From the NCBI GenBank assembly GCA_964016885.1, contig OZ024743.1, forward strand, positions 359,724,001-359,788,000: a stretch of DNA of 64,000 bases, in the 5' to 3' direction. The DNA is from Eledone cirrhosa (taxonomy: Eukaryota). The first letter of the stretch is position 1. Each line of letters starts with the position of its first letter. The notes under the pieces are model-generated. The model saw nothing but the letters and a program-made list of their open reading frames with translations. It was not told where the DNA came from and made no database searches. The position numbers and the translations under genes are program-made. Positions 37,590 to 52,345 of the stretch are shown in pieces.

Positions 37590-39740
37590 TGCGGACGGGG
37601 GCAAGGCACGACGGTCAGGCGGTAGTAGAAGACGGACGCGATGTAAGCATTCGCCACCTCCACCCAAACTTTCAGTCATAGCTTTCTCGCAGCCCATTTT
37701 TGGGTGAGACTGGCTAACCTGCTCGTCACCGCGTTCCAGTTCTTATCCTCCTGGAGGTATGGTCCGAACCAAACCCCGAGCAACAGTATTGGTCTGTCCA
37801 GCGCCAACGACACTGTTGGACGCCCTGGACTTGCCTCTCGAGGTATCGAGCTGCAAGCCCACCGACTTTTCTGGGTTAAGTTTCGCTCCGTCAAACTTTT
37901 ATATTCCTCCAATAAGGTGCAGACCACCTCGATTTCCGAGGTGTCCGACACCATCACAGTGTTGTCGTCCGCACAAGCCGACACTGCCTTTCCATGTCCC
38001 GGTTCGAGCGGGATGCCCTGCAACAGCTGCTGCTTCCGTAGTAAAGACTCGACAGTCAATACATAAAGAGGTGAGTAGAGAGGGCACACTTGACGGACCG
38101 ATCAGGAGATCTCAAACGGATCCGAGAGGTAGTCATTAACTTTGACTACTGAGCGTCCAGGTACCGATGGTCGACGCTATCGAATGCTTTCGATTTATCT
38201 AAATTGATCAGTGCCCCACCGAAGCCAGGTTTACACACTAACCTGATGTATCGCATGATGCGGAGGTTGTCGTGTATGAACCTGGTCGGGGTTGCGCACG
38301 TTTGCGCCTCCCCAACCAAATCTTCGATGACAAGCGCCAACTTCTTCACTAACATCTTGGCCAAAATCTTAAACTCTGTGTTTAGCAGAGTTATGGGCCT
38401 GAAGTTATCTAATATGTCCCTCTTGTTCTCGTCTTTCCTTATCAGCAGCACTACGCCCCGGCACATTAAACTGGTAGTACTCCTATTCTGCTACCAGTTG
38501 TAGTAGAGCGCTTTGAGGAGATCGGAGAACAAGTCTGGCATATTTACGTAAAGCTAGTAGGGAAGACCATCCAAACAGGGTGATTTGTGACTCGTGCAAC
38601 CGACAAGGGCATCCTGAATTTCGACCTTTCGCAGCGCTCAGCATCAGCCGTCGAGTTGTGCGGTAAGCCGTCGAAGTAAGGACTGAAGTCCGCTACCCTC
38701 TCTGACTCGCCACTTCCCCCGAACAACCGAGCAAATTACTGGCGAAAGGGTTCACACATCCTCCTGCAATCGCTCAGCTGGTGTTCGTCTCGGTCCGTCA
38801 AAGACCGTATTGTGGTTTCTTACCACGCTGCACTTCTGCCACGTGGGCCCATCGAATATATTTGGTTCCCTCATTTCTCAGAGCACGCGCCTTATTTCTG
38901 ACAATGCAACCTTCATGTTTCGCATTGATGAAATAGCCTAATGCCATTCTCCCCGCTAGCACACCAGTTGCATCCCACTACAAATAACCTCTTCTAACTT
39001 AGCTAACAGCTCCCCCACTTTTCTATTTTTCTCTAACGATACTTCTTTGCTAAATTCTCTTTCGAGAGCTCTCCACCATCGGTTGTTGACCACCCCCTGT
39101 CAACTTTTGCTTAACTAAATTGTTGACCTGGTCCCTGTAAGCCTTATGTGTCGGAAACGACATGTTCAGTTTCCAGTAACCAGATCCTAACCTACACATC
39201 TTTTCTAGGTTGACCATACAGATCACAAACTTGTGATCTGAAATGGCGACCGTTTTAAAGCGTGGACTCCCTACACTATTTCTATCTATTTTCCTAATAA
39301 AAATCCTATCTATATACGATCTAGATGACCCTATGCAGTTGGTCCATGTCCACAATGGTGCATTACGGAAATCTAGTAGGTACCTGTCAGGGAGTTGGAA
39401 CTGACTGATAAGGTACTTGAGGCTTTTGCAGCCCCCGCTCTATCAGCTACTACCACACAATCCCAGCGTGCGTCTAAGATACCGCTCTAGTCTCCCGCTA
39501 ACAGTAAAGGGTGTGATGTACCCAGAAAGGTTTCCATGTGTCTAAAGAAGTCCGGCCGGCCACGGTAGGGGCGTAGGCGGCCACCAGTCTAAAGGCACTA
39601 CCTTCGCTATTGTTGACGTCCAAGACCCCAACTTACTGTGCGGGACCCGGAAGATCGACCTTACCTCGTGATCCAGGCCTTTCCTAAACAACACTGCCTT
39701 TCCTGGTCTCGCTGACGGCAATTGCATCCATAGTAGGGAT
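37590..39740 (-). mobile_element. Decayed Tx1-like LINE (EN-RT part)
   Basis: WTWTN..SYIDRIF, SDHK, GYWKLN, FRPITLLN, DKSKAFD, ACADD, LLGVWFG; many frameshifts. Confidence 0.88.
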
Positions 39741-39975
39741 AATAATAATAATAATAATAATAATGGTTTATGATTTAGGCACAAGGCCAGACATTTGAAG
39801 AAGAGGAGAAAGTCAATTAAATAGACCCAAGTTCGTGACTGGTACTTGATCGACCCTGTAAGGATGAAAGGCAGGGCTAACATCGGTGAGATTTAAACTC
39901 AGAACGTAGAGGACCGTAACTCTCTGCCGCGAGGCAGGGTGTCCGACGTTCCATCGATACTGCCAATCCACCGCT
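39741..39975 (-). mobile_element. tRNA-derived SINE with (ATT)n tail
   Basis: gcggtggattggcagtatcg...gagtttaaatct...gcctttcatccttacagggtcga...ggccttgtgcctaaa...attattatt. Confidence 0.85.
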
Positions 39976-40920
39976 TTGCTTATCAACCACAAAAGAAATA
40001 CATTAAGAATAGCACAGGTCGGTGAAAATATGAATTTCTGCGTGTAAAAAAACAACAAATCAAAGGATGTAACAAAAAATCGAAACAAAGGAAAATTCCC
40101 CAATAGGGGGAAGACTTCTGAGAGGTACTCATGGAGAAAGCCAACAAAAAGTCACCCACCAGGGCAAGAGCCGTCTCCCAGTTTCCCGCCTACAATCTAC
40201 AGGTGCATACTCAGAGCAAGCCCATCTTCACTCATCTTCAACAAACTGCTGGGAAGAGAGAACTTCCCTCTCCATCCTGAAATTTCTTTTCAAATGAAGT
40301 TTGAAAAAGTAAATCAGGGCTTCGCCGAAGAGCTAAGTTGTCCTCCTTAGCCCTTTCAAACCTTTCAGGCATACGACATCTTACGCCATGGCGAAAATTT
40401 TCGGGCCGGCGCTCATGGATAATTCCCAGAAATCCGAGGAAGTTCTACAGAGGTGTTTTGTCAGTTCGGGATAAACTCTACAGGCATGGAAGTGACGTCA
40501 GCCGGGCCTGTCCGAGATGCATTCAGGGTGACGAAACCATTCTGCCCGCAATCCTCGAGTGTCCGAGCATTGCTGACTTGTGGGTTTATGTCACGTGTAG
40601 GACCGATCTGGCTATTAGCAGATTACATCGAGAAGATTGCCACAGAGCCTTCCGTTAACCGAGAAGGGTAAGCAGTTTCTATCTGCCTGGTGGCCATGGA
40701 AAAGATGTCGTGCGGGAGACATATTTGAAAGGGCGTACCTTTCCGGCGAAGCCAGATTAACTTTTTCAAATTTTATTTGAAAAAAAAAATCAGGTTGGAG
40801 ATGGAAGTTAGATGTAAGAAGGGTGAAAGAGGTAAGCATGGCCCGAGTGAATGGTTGGTGTCTTGCCCTATTGGGTAATTTTCCTTTGTTTTGATTTTTT
40901 GTTGCATCCTTTCTTTTTGG
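39976..40920. mobile_element. Two Tx1-like 3' fragments in opposite orientation
   Basis: 39976-40390 is a minus-strand ORF2 end plus 3' UTR; 40395-40920 is a plus-strand knuckle region (CPRC..ETIL..ILEC) plus UTR piece. Both match 26900-27690. Confidence 0.8.
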
Positions 40921-40924
40921 AGAC

Positions 40925-41935
40925 TGGCTTCTTATTACGAAGTCGGCGGAGGGTGTGACAGAAAATTTTATTTGATGATCTGAAGTCGGATTCCAGCTTA
41001 ACTCCAAAGTCCTCCCATGTCTTCACTTTCGACGTCTTTACGGACGCTACTGCGATTCCTCGTACCAGCTTGTACCGCAAGTACAAGTGGCAGGACTTAT
41101 TTACAAACCAAGCTTTGATAGTCTACGTCTTTGCTCAGATAGCATTGTTGACCTGTTGATCGAACCTAGGGGTCTTCCTGCCACCCAGCGCGTAACCAGG
41201 TACTTTTCGCGCGCAACATTTAAAAGCTGAAGCAGAAACTGCAGCGCTGAACAATCTCCACTGTATCTCAACGCCCTCAGTTTGATCAGGGAGTTCTCTG
41301 AATTCGAATGTAATAGTATCTGCATACCTAGTATGGCTTTCTTATCCACCAATGCTTCCACTTTATTCTGTAGGTCGCCCTGGACCGCCTGTTTTGTGGG
41401 CTTCTTTGGCTTTATGTAGTCTCAAGCTGCAGATAATTCGATGATGATCAGTTGACACCTGAGCCCCTTTCTTAACACGAGCATCCAACACAGAATCAAA
41501 GAGAGGAGAGACAATAACAAAATCAATTATAGATCTCTGTCCCTGATTCCCCTTATAACATGTATATTTGTAAACCAAATTCGATATCTTCAATTCGCTA
41601 TTCGTGTCAACCCTTACCTCTGGTCATGAATATTGGTTCATGACCGAAAAAATACGATCGCTTATACAAGCAGCCGAAATGGGATTCCCCCGAAGGCCCT
41701 TTCGAGTAACGTTACTCGATAGAGTGCGTAGCTCGCAGATCAGATAGACACTAGAGGTAGAACCACTACTTCTCCGAATTGAGAGGTGACAGCTCCGATA
41801 CTATGGGCGTGTGTTTAGAATGTTTCAGAAAAGAATCGCTGGACAGATTTTACGGGCAAATCCAACCGACAGGAGTAGACGCGAGCAAGATGATTGGATA
41901 ACATCCATGAGCTTGGCTGGTCTCCAAATCATTTG
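40925..41935. mobile_element. Rearranged RTE-clade LINE fragments
   Basis: Minus 41595>40925: APE motifs YTCY..RSIIDFV..STDHH and WEDFG. Plus 41605-41935: GHEYWFMTEKIRSLIQAAEMG...LLRIER..LRYYG. Confidence 0.8.
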
Positions 41936-43199
41936 GAGCAGGTAGCCTCTGAAAGAGGGCCCATCAGGTATAAGTGAGCGAAGAAAAATGAAAATAAAGA
42001 GAAAAAACAATCTCGTTAATTAACATGCGTAAACGAGAACGCCATATTTTCGAGAGAGGAGGTGAAGGAAATGGATTGAACCTTAGAATGTTCACGGTAG
42101 AAGATAATATATATAGTATGCATGTGTTAGCTCGTGTATTTGAGACTGCATATGTGTTTTTATGTGTGTGTGTGTGTGCTTGCGGCATTAGCTGATGTTT
42201 GTGTGTATGCAGATGTTGAATATGTGTGTAGTCACCGATATATACACACGCGCACATATGTGTTTGTCTGTGTGTATGAGTTATTGTTACTGTTCTTTAA
42301 CTGAATGACCTGAATAACGAACAAAGCCATGATCAAATGTGTAGAGAATTGCTACAACCAGCACAAAGCTTTTAATCCAACATTCTTTACAATCATTTCT
42401 ACCAATTTTGTACTTATCTGCATGTAGCTGAACATGTTAGTATCGTAGTGAAGTTTTTTGATCATGTAAAAATGGCAACACCAATAACAATCACCCTTCC
42501 TCATGTTAATCGCTAGAAAAACAATTTAATTACAATACTACTTGCGTTTTACTTGGTGATTTACTTTATTTAAAGCTGGAGTGAAATTGGGAAGATTACC
42601 AATAGCATCAAATGAAGAAGAATGATTTAACTGTAACTCGATAACATTTTATATGGTCTTTGTATAAAAAGGAAACCTTCGCTCCCAGCCAGTTAATTCA
42701 GTTATCAATTTCCGATATGTCGTTGCAGATATTTCCTTGTATTCGTGTACTAATTTTCCCAAAGACAGCATGAGTATTACTATTATATGTTCCACCTCTA
42801 CCGATATGTCGCATAGAGCTTATGTCAGAAATCTATTTTATAGAGTATAATAACCTATTTATAATTCGACATCTTGAGACTAGTCATGCAGAAAGAGGTA
42901 GTTCGATTGTTTCCATTACTTATAGAATATTCTGTGTTAGTTTATTGGACTGGTGTCTGTATATCCTTTTTCTAATAAATATATGCCAAAATATCGAATT
43001 CCCAAGACTGTGTGCTAAATAGATTTCTCCCCAGCATTCAGTCCGCCCAGATTGGGAAAATATCTTTCAAACCTTTTCCTATCATTCTTTATTGCAAAGA
43101 CTTTTAAGGAGAAGAGACAAAACAACACAGCTAACATGATTGTGTTTATAGAATTTTATGATAATTTAAAATGAGTAAATTTTGCACAAAAATTTAGTG

Positions 43200-46100
43200 A
43201 ACAAAAATCCACAAAATATCTTGGAAAACATCCAAAATTAATAGACCATATAATATCAAAACCAATAAACCAGAGATTGAACTGGTACTTTTCTCAAAGA
43301 TACTTTATTGAATTATACCCTGCTAACTGTAGTTTTCTAAACGAGCCTAACAAAAATCAGTCAATGTTTAGAAATGCAATTGTTCACGGAATGAAATTAT
43401 TCCATTTTGCTCTAAGTAAGTCTTTGGAAAAGCAAAATTTAAAATATTTCACATCATTTCACATATTAATACTTTCTGGAACCTATGGTGAACTCTCGAG
43501 CAAAAATCCAGATAAAATTACTGAAGAGTTAAAGTTTTACGCTGATTTGAATGTTGTTTTTTGGAGCTTGTAACAGATTCATGAAAATAATGCAAACTTT
43601 TGAAAATAATGCAAACCATGAAAATAATGCAAACTTTTGTGTTAAGCCGCAAGTTTGTTTGGTGGTACCCAATACAATGATTCTCAAATGGGCTGAAATG
43701 TTTAATATAGATATCTAGAGAGATTTCATTATCCCAGTGTCCAATTCAGGGTAGTCAGGTGCTTTTGGCACTGTTATTAAGAAAGCCTTGTTCTGGCTGA
43801 AAGAAAAAGAAAAACAGAAACAAAACGGCACATGTCTAAAACCCTGAAATTAGAGAGACAACTCCATCTAAAATAGTCACCATATGATAGGGACTTGATG
43901 TTGAGCAATAATTGACATCTAGAAATAATATAGAGGCTTTGCAGTAACCAATACATAGGTAGAACTTGTATCAGTACATACTTTTATACTAATACAGATA
44001 ACATTTTCTAGTGCACCACAAGTTCAAAACTCGATCTTCTCATACTCAATGTCCATATAAAATACATGGAGGCAATTTTAGTTTCATCTTGCGTTGAAAC
44101 TGAAACATTCTCATGTTTGAGTGACTGAGCTGTGTGTTTATTTCTCCACAAATGGAGCAGCTAGGACGAGGTCTTTTTGATGAAATGTCGGGATGAGACA
44201 TAAGCATTCTTCGGAAGATGTCATGAATGTTGTCTTTTACTGAAAGCTGTCAAATTCTTGCAGCTGCCCCACTCTGGAATGACCTAATGTGTTTATTCCA
44301 ACTTTCAAGTGGATTTTCACTCCAATTCGTAATTGACTGCCCACCATTCCATTCAAAACGTTCCCAGCTGAGCACACATTTGAAAGAATGGGGAAATTAT
44401 AACCACCCATGAGAAGCCTCTCTCATCAAGAAATGAGTCTTTTTAGGTGTAATGTTAAAGATATCCCAAGTGCCTTCAGTCTGTTAGACCTTACCTTCTT
44501 CTAGTACACTGGTTGTGTGACATGTAGCATAACAGTGGTCAGAGACAAGAATATTTCATAATTGTCCTTATCTTCCTGGTTCAAAATGAGAGAACATAAT
44601 TTGGCGATTTTTCGAACTGAAAAATAGGTCAGCCAATGGTTCGGTATAGGTGTTCTCATCTATTCCATTGGGTAAGTCCATTAGCATTCCAGTGGTTGAC
44701 CTGAAATGATCAAAGCAATGCTGATTGTCATGCTGAATAAAACAGAATAGATTGCAAGCTTCACTCGATGGTGTTTGACCAGCAACCAAGTGATACAAAA
44801 ACTTATGAGTAAATTCTAATGATCTCAATTTGAAGTGAAGGGTTGAGAAACAATGCAAATCTGCTTTTATAATGTTTTCATGGGACTGACCTTGCCTTTC
44901 ACTTTTAGAATATGATATCTCGCCAGCAACCAATTATTCCCATGCTTCCTTGCAGGAATTATAATCCTTTATTCTCTTGAATCCATCAGAAACTAATGAA
45001 GTATCATTTGCGTCAGTTTGTGTGAGTGGCATGACATAAATGACAGAATACACATGTCACCTTGAAGAAGAGACAACATCTTGCCATCAATCATTGACCA
45101 CAACTATTTGCAATTGGTATACACATTCATATCAATCATTGTGACACATGAACCAAAACTTTCCCTGATAACATCGAAAGAAGGCTCAAGTTCTACTGAC
45201 AGCACACCGCGATAGTCTACAGCCCATGTCACCGAAACTGGAAAGCAGACGCAATGCTGTTTGGAACAGGGTTTAAATAATGTTATTAGTGACCCGTAAT
45301 TCTAATCTGCAATAATACGACAATATAAATGAGGTCTTTCTTGTTGGGTCCAGAATGCATTTATTTTTCCGCCACTACAAACCACAGCAATTAAACAATT
45401 TTTGCAGCAAAATCTAGAAAAAGAAGTCAAGTGATATCTTCAAAAGTAGATGCTTTCTGTGCATAGTTTTAACTCTATCAATTGCAGTTTGCCAAAAACG
45501 CTTCCAATGACGTATAAATGATTTTTCTGCATCAAGCTCTGTGCGGAGATATAAATTTATTTCCAAATACGGCATTCTGGGAGCACTGCGTAGCAGAACA
45601 TGGAGCTAAATTATTGAACATGTTATTTAAATGAATATATTATCTCAGCAATATCAACCCTTAAACAGTGGCGAGTTATAAACTCACCTCTATTGTTTAC
45701 ATCAAGTGAAAGTTCCCTCCCCATCATACCTATTTATTGTAATCTATGGTTGAAATAGTGACAATTAAATGTCTACTTCAAAGACATAGTGCAACATCAA
45801 TGAGTAAAATATTATTAGAAACATTGATTCGATCAAATACGGTGTTCGTTATAATGTATAATATAATGGGTGTTACTGCAGACGATTTCCTAATTGCTTT
45901 CTTAATGGATTACATACACAGCATTGGGGAATTTCCGCTATAATGTTACATTTACGTGCTCCACTGAATATTGCCTTAATCCATTTGAAATCTGCTTGTT
46001 TTCAATCTAAAAACATTTTATGGAAGAAACGCAGATTAACTTAATGAAAACAAATTGCATATAATATATTCCATGTTTTAAAATTAGTAATGTATTTTCC

Positions 46101-46400
46101 TCCATAATATTCAGTACAAACATAGCCAACTGTTTCTGTTAATTAAATCATCCCACGTGTAAAAATTATAATCATATTTAACTACAAATTATGAGCTGAC
46201 AAATCTAATTAGACACATTTTCAGAAAACTATATACCCTGTAATGCTGTTTATTTTGAGTTAGCTGCCATTTTGTTTGGTGGATTATGCTGTTTGTCAAA
46301 TAAACATGTCATTGTAAAATAAGATAATCATTAAAATTAAAAAACTGTTCAGAAAGCTCAACAAAAATAATAAATTCTTTTTGCAGCAGAATTTAGTCCC
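43200..46400 (-). mobile_element. Possible old DNA-transposon relic
   Basis: Non-microsatellite, coding-like but stop-riddled DNA with weak motifs (RFCCK, LVAGEISY, DNYE); not classifiable by eye. Confidence 0.25.
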
Positions 46401-47659
46401 TGAAGACATCTACCCGAAGAAGAGAATATGAAATATGTTATAAGATTTATACTGATAGATTTAATCTAGCATAGTAGACTGTCGATAACAGCAGCTTCTA
46501 TTAAATAACTAGAGGATAATGCAATATTTTCAGAAGGGATTCTTCCCTAACCACGTATTGTGATCATAGCAGTTGTCAAGCGCCTTTCTAAAAATACAAC
46601 ATACCTCTAATATCAAGATAAGAGCTAACAGACATTCCACTTTGTTATTGTCACATATTTCGGCAATCCTATATAAATATATAACAACAGCATAAAAAAT
46701 AGCAAGAAAGATCTTCTGTGTAATAAGTTTCTACCTTCGTATTGTCGTATTAGTTAATGTAGTGTTAAATAAACCTAAAATATGAGATGGGCACAGCTGG
46801 AATGCCTTTGATCTGCTTAAACACAGTTACCCTGAGGCTAAACCTGAGGGAAAAACCACAGCAGCAACAGCAACAACGACAACAATAGTAAACGATGCAT
46901 AGAGAAACTAAGTTATCGATTTATCCTGAATTTTCCATCGTTTCTCTCAATAAATGTGAGTTGTCTGCGTGGGCATGTGTTCATGTTCTGTCAAAACACT
47001 ACAACAAAAACGCTTATACACCCAACCATATATATTATAATTTACCACAGTACATTGAAAATTTGTATAACATTTATGTTGAAATAAAAAATGGGCAGTA
47101 TTTTTAAATTCCAGTTTTTACATAATGGAAAATTGTTTGGTTATGTGAATGCGAAATATGAAGTTTGGAGACGGTTTATGGTTGGTATATTTCAAGCATT
47201 TAGTAAAGCATTTCAGTAAATAAAAGTAAGTGAAATTTACATATTCTCCAATGATGCGATCTCAGTTTTAAATATGCCACATTCGTCTTCTTACAACGGT
47301 CTATTAAAAAAATGTCATACTCAAAACTGGAATCAGTATTACGTGAATTATTTATTAGAATTGGTCCGATCAATTGTCCCGACTGTATACATATATATTG
47401 GTTCATCTGTATGTGGTTAAATAATTCTATAATACACTGGTTCATATAAATATTTCAATGCAATGCTTTTATTGACTGAACGTCTTGTGGAATAGACAAC
47501 GGAGTTCATTTCGGTAGTGGTCCAGTGTATATTCCACCATAGTATGTCTCTGCTGTATTTATTAACTTAATAGATAGTATGGATTATAACAATTTCGAGG
47601 TTGTTTTCATTTCTAAAACGTATCTTCGATGTGTAGACTCTTGTGTCAAAATAGATAAC

Positions 47660-50600
47660 TTTCTTTTTATTTGCCACCAGGGCATCAAAAGTGGGACAAG
47701 TACAAAGGGGGGGGGGGAGTTTACATGCAAAGGCGTCCTCAATATGGAGGAGGCAATAACAAGATATAAAAGTATAAAAATAAAATAAAATAAAACAAAA
47801 TAAATTTTATAACAAAATCCTCAATAGGGAGGAGGCGCCTTGGGGGGTCGCACACACCCCCGAAAAAAAGTGTGCAACCCTTCTCCTCAGGAACACAGAG
47901 AGGGGGTGCTCCCTTGGTCTTTCATCTTCCTCACCTATAGTCTGATGTAGAGTGAAGGCCCATTCACACGGGCCATTCTCGCCACTTTCATCCATCTTTC
48001 ATAAAAACGGCTGGGGTGCAGCACCTCTCTCTCCATCATGATCCTTCTTCCGAAATGATATCGGAAGAAACGGACCAGTTGTTGGCCAGAGAGAAAGGTG
48101 TCTGACCTCAGTCCTTTCAGACGCGTCCACCATACAACCTCTTTCGCCATGGCTATTACGCACAGAAACACCGCCTTTCCTTCGTTTTTGAAGGGGGGAG
48201 GCGGCTTGATCGTTACAATAGACTCGGTGGTCAACCGGATCGGTCCCACCCTTGACAGCAATTGTTCGACATAGCCCCACAGATCGGCAATACCCGAGCA
48301 GTGTACCAAAGGGTGTGCAACGGTTTCCTCGTCGCACACGCATCTGGGACAGATCTTTTTCGAGGGGTCCCTACCCGGGCGCCCGGGTCTGTAGAGCCTT
48401 TCTCGAACGGGCAGAGCCCCTCGGTAGCACTGCCAGGCCAGGGACCTCTGGAAGTTATCCATGGGTCCCGGGCTAAATGTCCTACCGAACAGGTTGTCCA
48501 GTTCGTCTTCCTCCATGCCTAGGGCTTCTCCGAGGGCGTCGTCGCACCTGCTAACCACCAGTCCTCTATAGAATGACGAGGTGGAGTCTCCACTGACAGC
48601 CGGGTCCGCCTGCCAGAGAGCCGTGAGCGCCTGGGCACACTCTGTGTGCCAGGCGCCCAGTTTTCTCGGTCTTTGCTTGACCCAGGATTGCAGCTCGGTG
48701 AGCGAGACGAGTCTGGGAAAGGCTCGCCTCACAAACGGGGCCCACACCGGTTGACCAGTGAGGAATACCCGGAGGTGTCGTAGCCTTAATGCGTGTTTAC
48801 GTATCATTAGCCACGGCATCCCCAGCACTCCTTTCGAAGGGTGCTGACAGCAAATGGATCTCCTCACCATAGGAGCCCGCTTCTGCCAAAGGAATTGGAA
48901 GAGTGCGCGCTCGATTTTGGCGAGCGTTTCCTTTGGCACAACGGTCAGGCGGTAGTAGATGACGGACGCTATATAAGTGTTCGCCACCTCCGCCGACCTT
49001 TCAGGGACAGTTTGCACTCGGCCCACTTCTGGGTCAGTGCAAACACCCTGTTCGTTACCTCACCCCAGTTCTTCTCCACCTGGAGGTCTGGTCCGAACCA
49101 GACCCCGAGCAACTTCACCGGGCCCTCCGTCCAGCGCCCGACGACGCCATCGGAGGGCATCGATCTGCCCCTCCACGTGCCGAGTTGCAGACTGATCAAC
49201 TTGTCCCGGTTCAGCCTAGCCCCTGTAAACCTTTCGTACTCTTCCAGTAAGGTACCGACCGCCCCGATTTCGGAGGCCGTCGACACCATTACTGTTACGT
49301 CGTCGGCGTAGGCCGACACCGCTTTCCGCAATCCCGGTTCCAACGGGATGCCCTGCAACAACTCCAACTTCCGCAGCAGTGGCTCTAGAGTCATCACATA
49401 CAGAAGGGAGGAGAGAGGGCACCCTTGTCGGATGGACCGCGCGATTTCGAACGACTCCGAGAGGTAGCCGTTCACCTTCACTCTAGAGCAGATCCGGCTG
49501 CTGTGCATGGCATTGATCCAGCCCCTGAAAGCGGGTCCGAAGCCTGCCGCCGCTAGCACCGCATCCAGGTAACCATGGTCGACCCTATCGAACGCCTTAG
49601 ATTGATCCAAGTTGATCAGGGCCCCACCAAAGCCGGGTTCGTTCCCAACCCTCTCTATGATGTATCACATGAGGTGGAGGCTGTCATGGATGGACCTGGA
49701 CGGGATAGCACATGTCTGTGCATCTCCCACCAGGTTGCCCACGACAGGCGCCAACCTCTTTGCTAGCACCTTGGCCAAAATCTGTAACTCTGTATTTAGC
49801 AGAGTTATGAGCCTGAAATTATTTATATCGTCCCCCTTGTTCTCGTCCTTCCTCACTAGCGTGTCTACGCCCTTGGTCACAGCACAGGGAATTCTCCCGT
49901 TCTGTTGCCAGTTGCAGTAGACCGCCTCGAGGAGATCGGGGAACAAGTCCGGCATAGCTAGATACAGTTCGTATGGAAGACCATCGAGACCCGGGGATTT
50001 GCGTTTGCTGCATTGGCTCTGCACCTCCTCTATCTCAGCGGCTGAAATCGGCCCCTCGTAGGACTTCGCCTCCCTGTCCGAGAGACGCGGCAGGCCGTCG
50101 AGGTATGGACCGAAGTCCACATCCCCAACTGGCTCCCCGCCCCTTTCGAACAATCCGGCAAAGTGCTTTTGAAAAGCCTCTCACATCTGCTTAGGTTCAA
50201 GGATCACCCGTCCATCCTGGTCTCGCAAAGACCGGATAGTGGATATGCTCCCTCTTTTGGCTTCTGTCACGCGGGCCCAGCTAACAGCTTTGGTCCCCTC
50301 GTTTCCCAGAGCACGTATTTTGCTTCGGACGATGCAGCCTTCGTGTTTCGCGTCGAAGAACTGGCCCAGGGCCGTTCTCGACGCTAGTACTCTGGCCACG
50401 TCGCCGCTTCTAATTGCCTCTTCAACACTATCTACCAGCTCCCTTTCCTTCCTATTTCTATTTGAGGCTAACTCCTTACTAAATTCTATAGAAACTACTC
50501 TAATCTCTCTTTTGAGAGATCCCCACCACCTGCTGTTGACGGTTGCGCCCGTCAACCGCTCCTTAACTAAAGTGCTAATCCGGTCCCTGTAAGCCTTACT

Positions 50601-51900
50601 TGCCGGTAAGGACAAGTTGAGCTTCCAGTAACCGGGTCCCTGTCTATGCGTTCTGTCAAGGTTGACCATGCAGCTCACTAACTTGTAGTCTGAATAGCCA
50701 ACCATGCTCATTTTTGGACAACTTAAAAAGTCCTTATCCTTATTTCTAACTAAGAACCTATCTAGGTACGACCTAGATGATCCGCTGAAATTTGCCCAAG
50801 TCCAGGTTGGCGCAGTCAGAAAATCTAGTCGATATCTATCGGCCAGGTCAAATCGACCGATTAACCCTTTGAGGCTATTACACCCCTCTCTATCGGGACA
50901 GGCCCCTACGTAGTCCCAGCGTGCATCTAGGATACCATTCCAGTCCCCCACTAATAGCAAGGAACGGGACGTCCCTAGAAAAGTCTCCAGACGATGGAAG
51001 AAGTCCGGCCGCATTGACCCAAAAGGGCCGTAGGCGGCTACCAACCTAAACGCTCCGCCTCCACCACTACCAAGGTCCAGAACCACTAGTCGACCCTCCG
51101 GGTCCAAATGTACCGTCTGTGTAGATGTTTTTGCTGCGGAACGACAACCCCACCACCACCTCCGGGCTGACAGAGAGATGCGTGCATCTCAAAGTCATCA
51201 AAGGTGGGGCCCAGCTGTAGCAGGTTGCTGATCCGGGCCTCGCAAATAACCATCACATCTATACGTTGTGACCTGAGGTCATTTAGAAGCATTGGTTGCT
51301 TCCAAGTTAAGACCAGGCTACGCGCATTTAAACAGGCTACTCTTAGCATAGCCATGTTGGTGGTGAAGAGAAAAGGCACTTACCTCTCTGCGTCCCGGGT
51401 ATCGGGCTGCTCAATTTCCATGAGGGTGGGGGATGGGTTGTTGGGTGGGGTGGTGGTTTGTGGAAGTGTAGGGGCATCAGTGTGTTGTGTGGTTGGGGTG
51501 TTTGGAGTTGTGTGGGTGTTTGGGGAGGGGGTGGGGTAGTTTTTTAGGAGGACGCGGTTAGTAGGCCCGACGCAGGGGGGACCCACGTCCTCTTTAAAGT
51601 TCTTTTTTAAAGTTTTATAAGTGTCCTGTGGGGTCTTAATCATTTTAAGGTGGGGGAAATCCCCTGCCTGGGTGAAGTTAGGCCCTTGGGTTTTTATTAA
51701 ATTGTTGTTGTACACAATGTTTAACAGTTTTTTGTTTCTTGTGTTTATGTATGTGTATGCATGTTTTTGTTTTTGTGTGGTGTTTTTTGTTTGCTGTTGT
51801 TGTGAGCTCTTTTGTGTTGGTGTCAGTGTTATGTTTTGGGGAGGGGTTGTTTTCATTTGTGTGTCTGAGGTGTGTTTTCTTTTTTTCTTTTGATTGTGTG
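47660..51900 (-). mobile_element. Tx1/L1-like LINE (lineage B), complete ORF2 region, frameshifted
   Basis: APE (LNARSL, CE, GDWN, SYLD, SDY, GYWKLN), RT (YADD), CPRC knuckle; low-complexity ORF1 tail at 51380-51900; 3' end ccctggtggcaaataaaaagaaa. Confidence 0.93.
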
Positions 51901-52072
51901 GAAGTGCTCCTCCTCGTCTGACGACGAACTAGGGATAGAAAATTCAACGTCTAAGCTGGTACAGTATTTTTTTCGAATGCAGGTGTGATCACCTGCCTTA
52001 TCTCGGGTGGGTGCTCTACCATTATTCCACAGAGAGTTTGAAGACTAAATCGTCATGTCTCAAATCTATTTT

Positions 52073-52161
<89 letters not shown>

Positions 52162-52225
52162 TTCTCTCTCTGTCTCTGCCTGCCTGTCTATTTGTCTGTC
52201 TGTTGTCTGTGTGTCTGCCTGTCTG

Positions 52226-52345
<120 letters not shown>

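Noticed and set aside
43579-43640. CRISPR-like short repeats (tgaaaataatgcaaac x3)
   Set aside because: No spacers of proper length, no cas genes and a eukaryotic context; a simple slippage repeat.
51910-51955. Hammerhead at cctcgtctgacga
   Set aside because: Shares the 5' half with the 55913 motif but has no stem II or III and no stem I partner.
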